DNA of 64,000 nt from the NCBI RefSeq assembly GCF_006345805.1, contig NC_042998.1:81220001-81284000 (forward strand), written 5' to 3'. Every line of letters starts with the position of its first letter. Position 1 is the first letter of the stretch. Origin of the DNA: Octopus sinensis (lineage: Eukaryota). Shown here piece after piece: positions 63,251 through 64,000 of the stretch. Position numbers and translations under genes: made by a program. The notes beneath the pieces were generated by a model. The model saw only the letters and a list, made by a program, of their open reading frames with translations. It was not told the DNA's origin and ran no database searches.

Positions 63251-63260
63251 TGGCGACTAC

Positions 63261-63291
<31 letters not shown>

Positions 63292-63389
63292 GTTAATCCA
63301 AACAAGAAAACACAAAAAAACACAACAACGCGAGGACGTGGAACAAATATAGTATTATTGGACGCTCAGGAAAGAAGGAAAGAAAGAGG

Positions 63390-63424
63390 GTTTAACTTTT
63401 CGAGCGGAGCTCTTCGTCGGAAAC
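63390..63424 (-). ncRNA. Minimal hammerhead-like motif
   Basis: GUUU CCGACGA A GAGC(UCC)GCUC GAAA AG UU AAAC. Confidence 0.65.
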
Positions 63425-63582
63425 ATAGAAGAAAAGATCCAGAGAAGGGAAGACAGAGGAAAAAAAAAATCGCCAACGGTACGCACGCGGTCACATTTAT
63501 TATATATATATGTATATAATTTTTTTCCGTAATGAGATTAAAAAAACCAAGGGTGTGTAGATTTTGGAACATTTATAAATAG

Positions 63583-63630
63583 ATCTTACAGCTGTTTCTA
63601 GGATATTTATTATATCCCTTCATCGGAGAC
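63583..63630 (-). ncRNA. Minimal hammerhead-like motif in a PLE-like 3' end (63540-63930)
   Basis: GUCU CCGAUGA A GGGAUAU(AAUAA)AUAUCCU A GAAA CAGCUG UA AGAU; palindromic stem III ACAGCUGU. Confidence 0.7.
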
Positions 63631-64000
63631 GGTGTGAAAAGACGGTTAAGTGATAGTTAATTTAGATATGATACAAAATAGAGAGTGAGGTGGAGGAATG
63701 AAAATAGATGTGAGATATGCAGGGATATTGTATTTGTATATCCATTATTTAGGCAGAATGGTATACATATAAGATTACGATACCTTATGAGTAAAATCCT
63801 ATAGTATTTAAAATTGGTTATTTCATGTATTGAGTTTATACCCAGTGTTACTGAATCAAGGGTTTTATTTAAAGTGACCTAAAAGTAGGGAATGTATTCG
63901 TAGGGTCAAATCGAAAAGAGGAAGAGAGGAATAAAGAAAGAGAAAAAAAAAGAGAAAAGAAAGAATTGAAAATAAGAAGAAAATAATAAAATAATAAGAA

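Overview
AT-rich animal genomic DNA with very dense microsatellites. The SINE families look like those of Octopus/coleoid cephalopods (from recognition, not a database search). No host protein-coding gene can be called with confidence; only a few weak exon candidates and a CRE/TATA cluster near 32 kb. Transposon content: a complete but decayed mariner (686-2002); a nest of about ten R4/Dong-type RLE LINE pieces in TAA-type or TACA repeats (7.8-24.6 kb), one nearly intact; CR1 and RTE LINE fragments; several Penelope-like element (PLE) remnants; three tRNA-derived SINE families; two MITEs; and a decayed pogo transposase. The main signals beyond the ORF track are as follows. (1) About a dozen minimal type-I hammerhead ribozyme motifs between 25 and 64 kb, most with the self-complementary stem III of dimer-cleaving hammerheads. 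They include a 354-bp retrozyme-like monomer present twice and a tRNA-headed element carrying a hammerhead. (2) Two ~2-kb TSD-flanked LINE-like insertions that encode only an ORF1, with no RT, one sitting in a SINE tRNA head and one beside a hammerhead. (3) Several long, near-perfect fold-back hairpins. A 100-N gap lies at 57887-57986. Coordinates of decayed elements are approximate.
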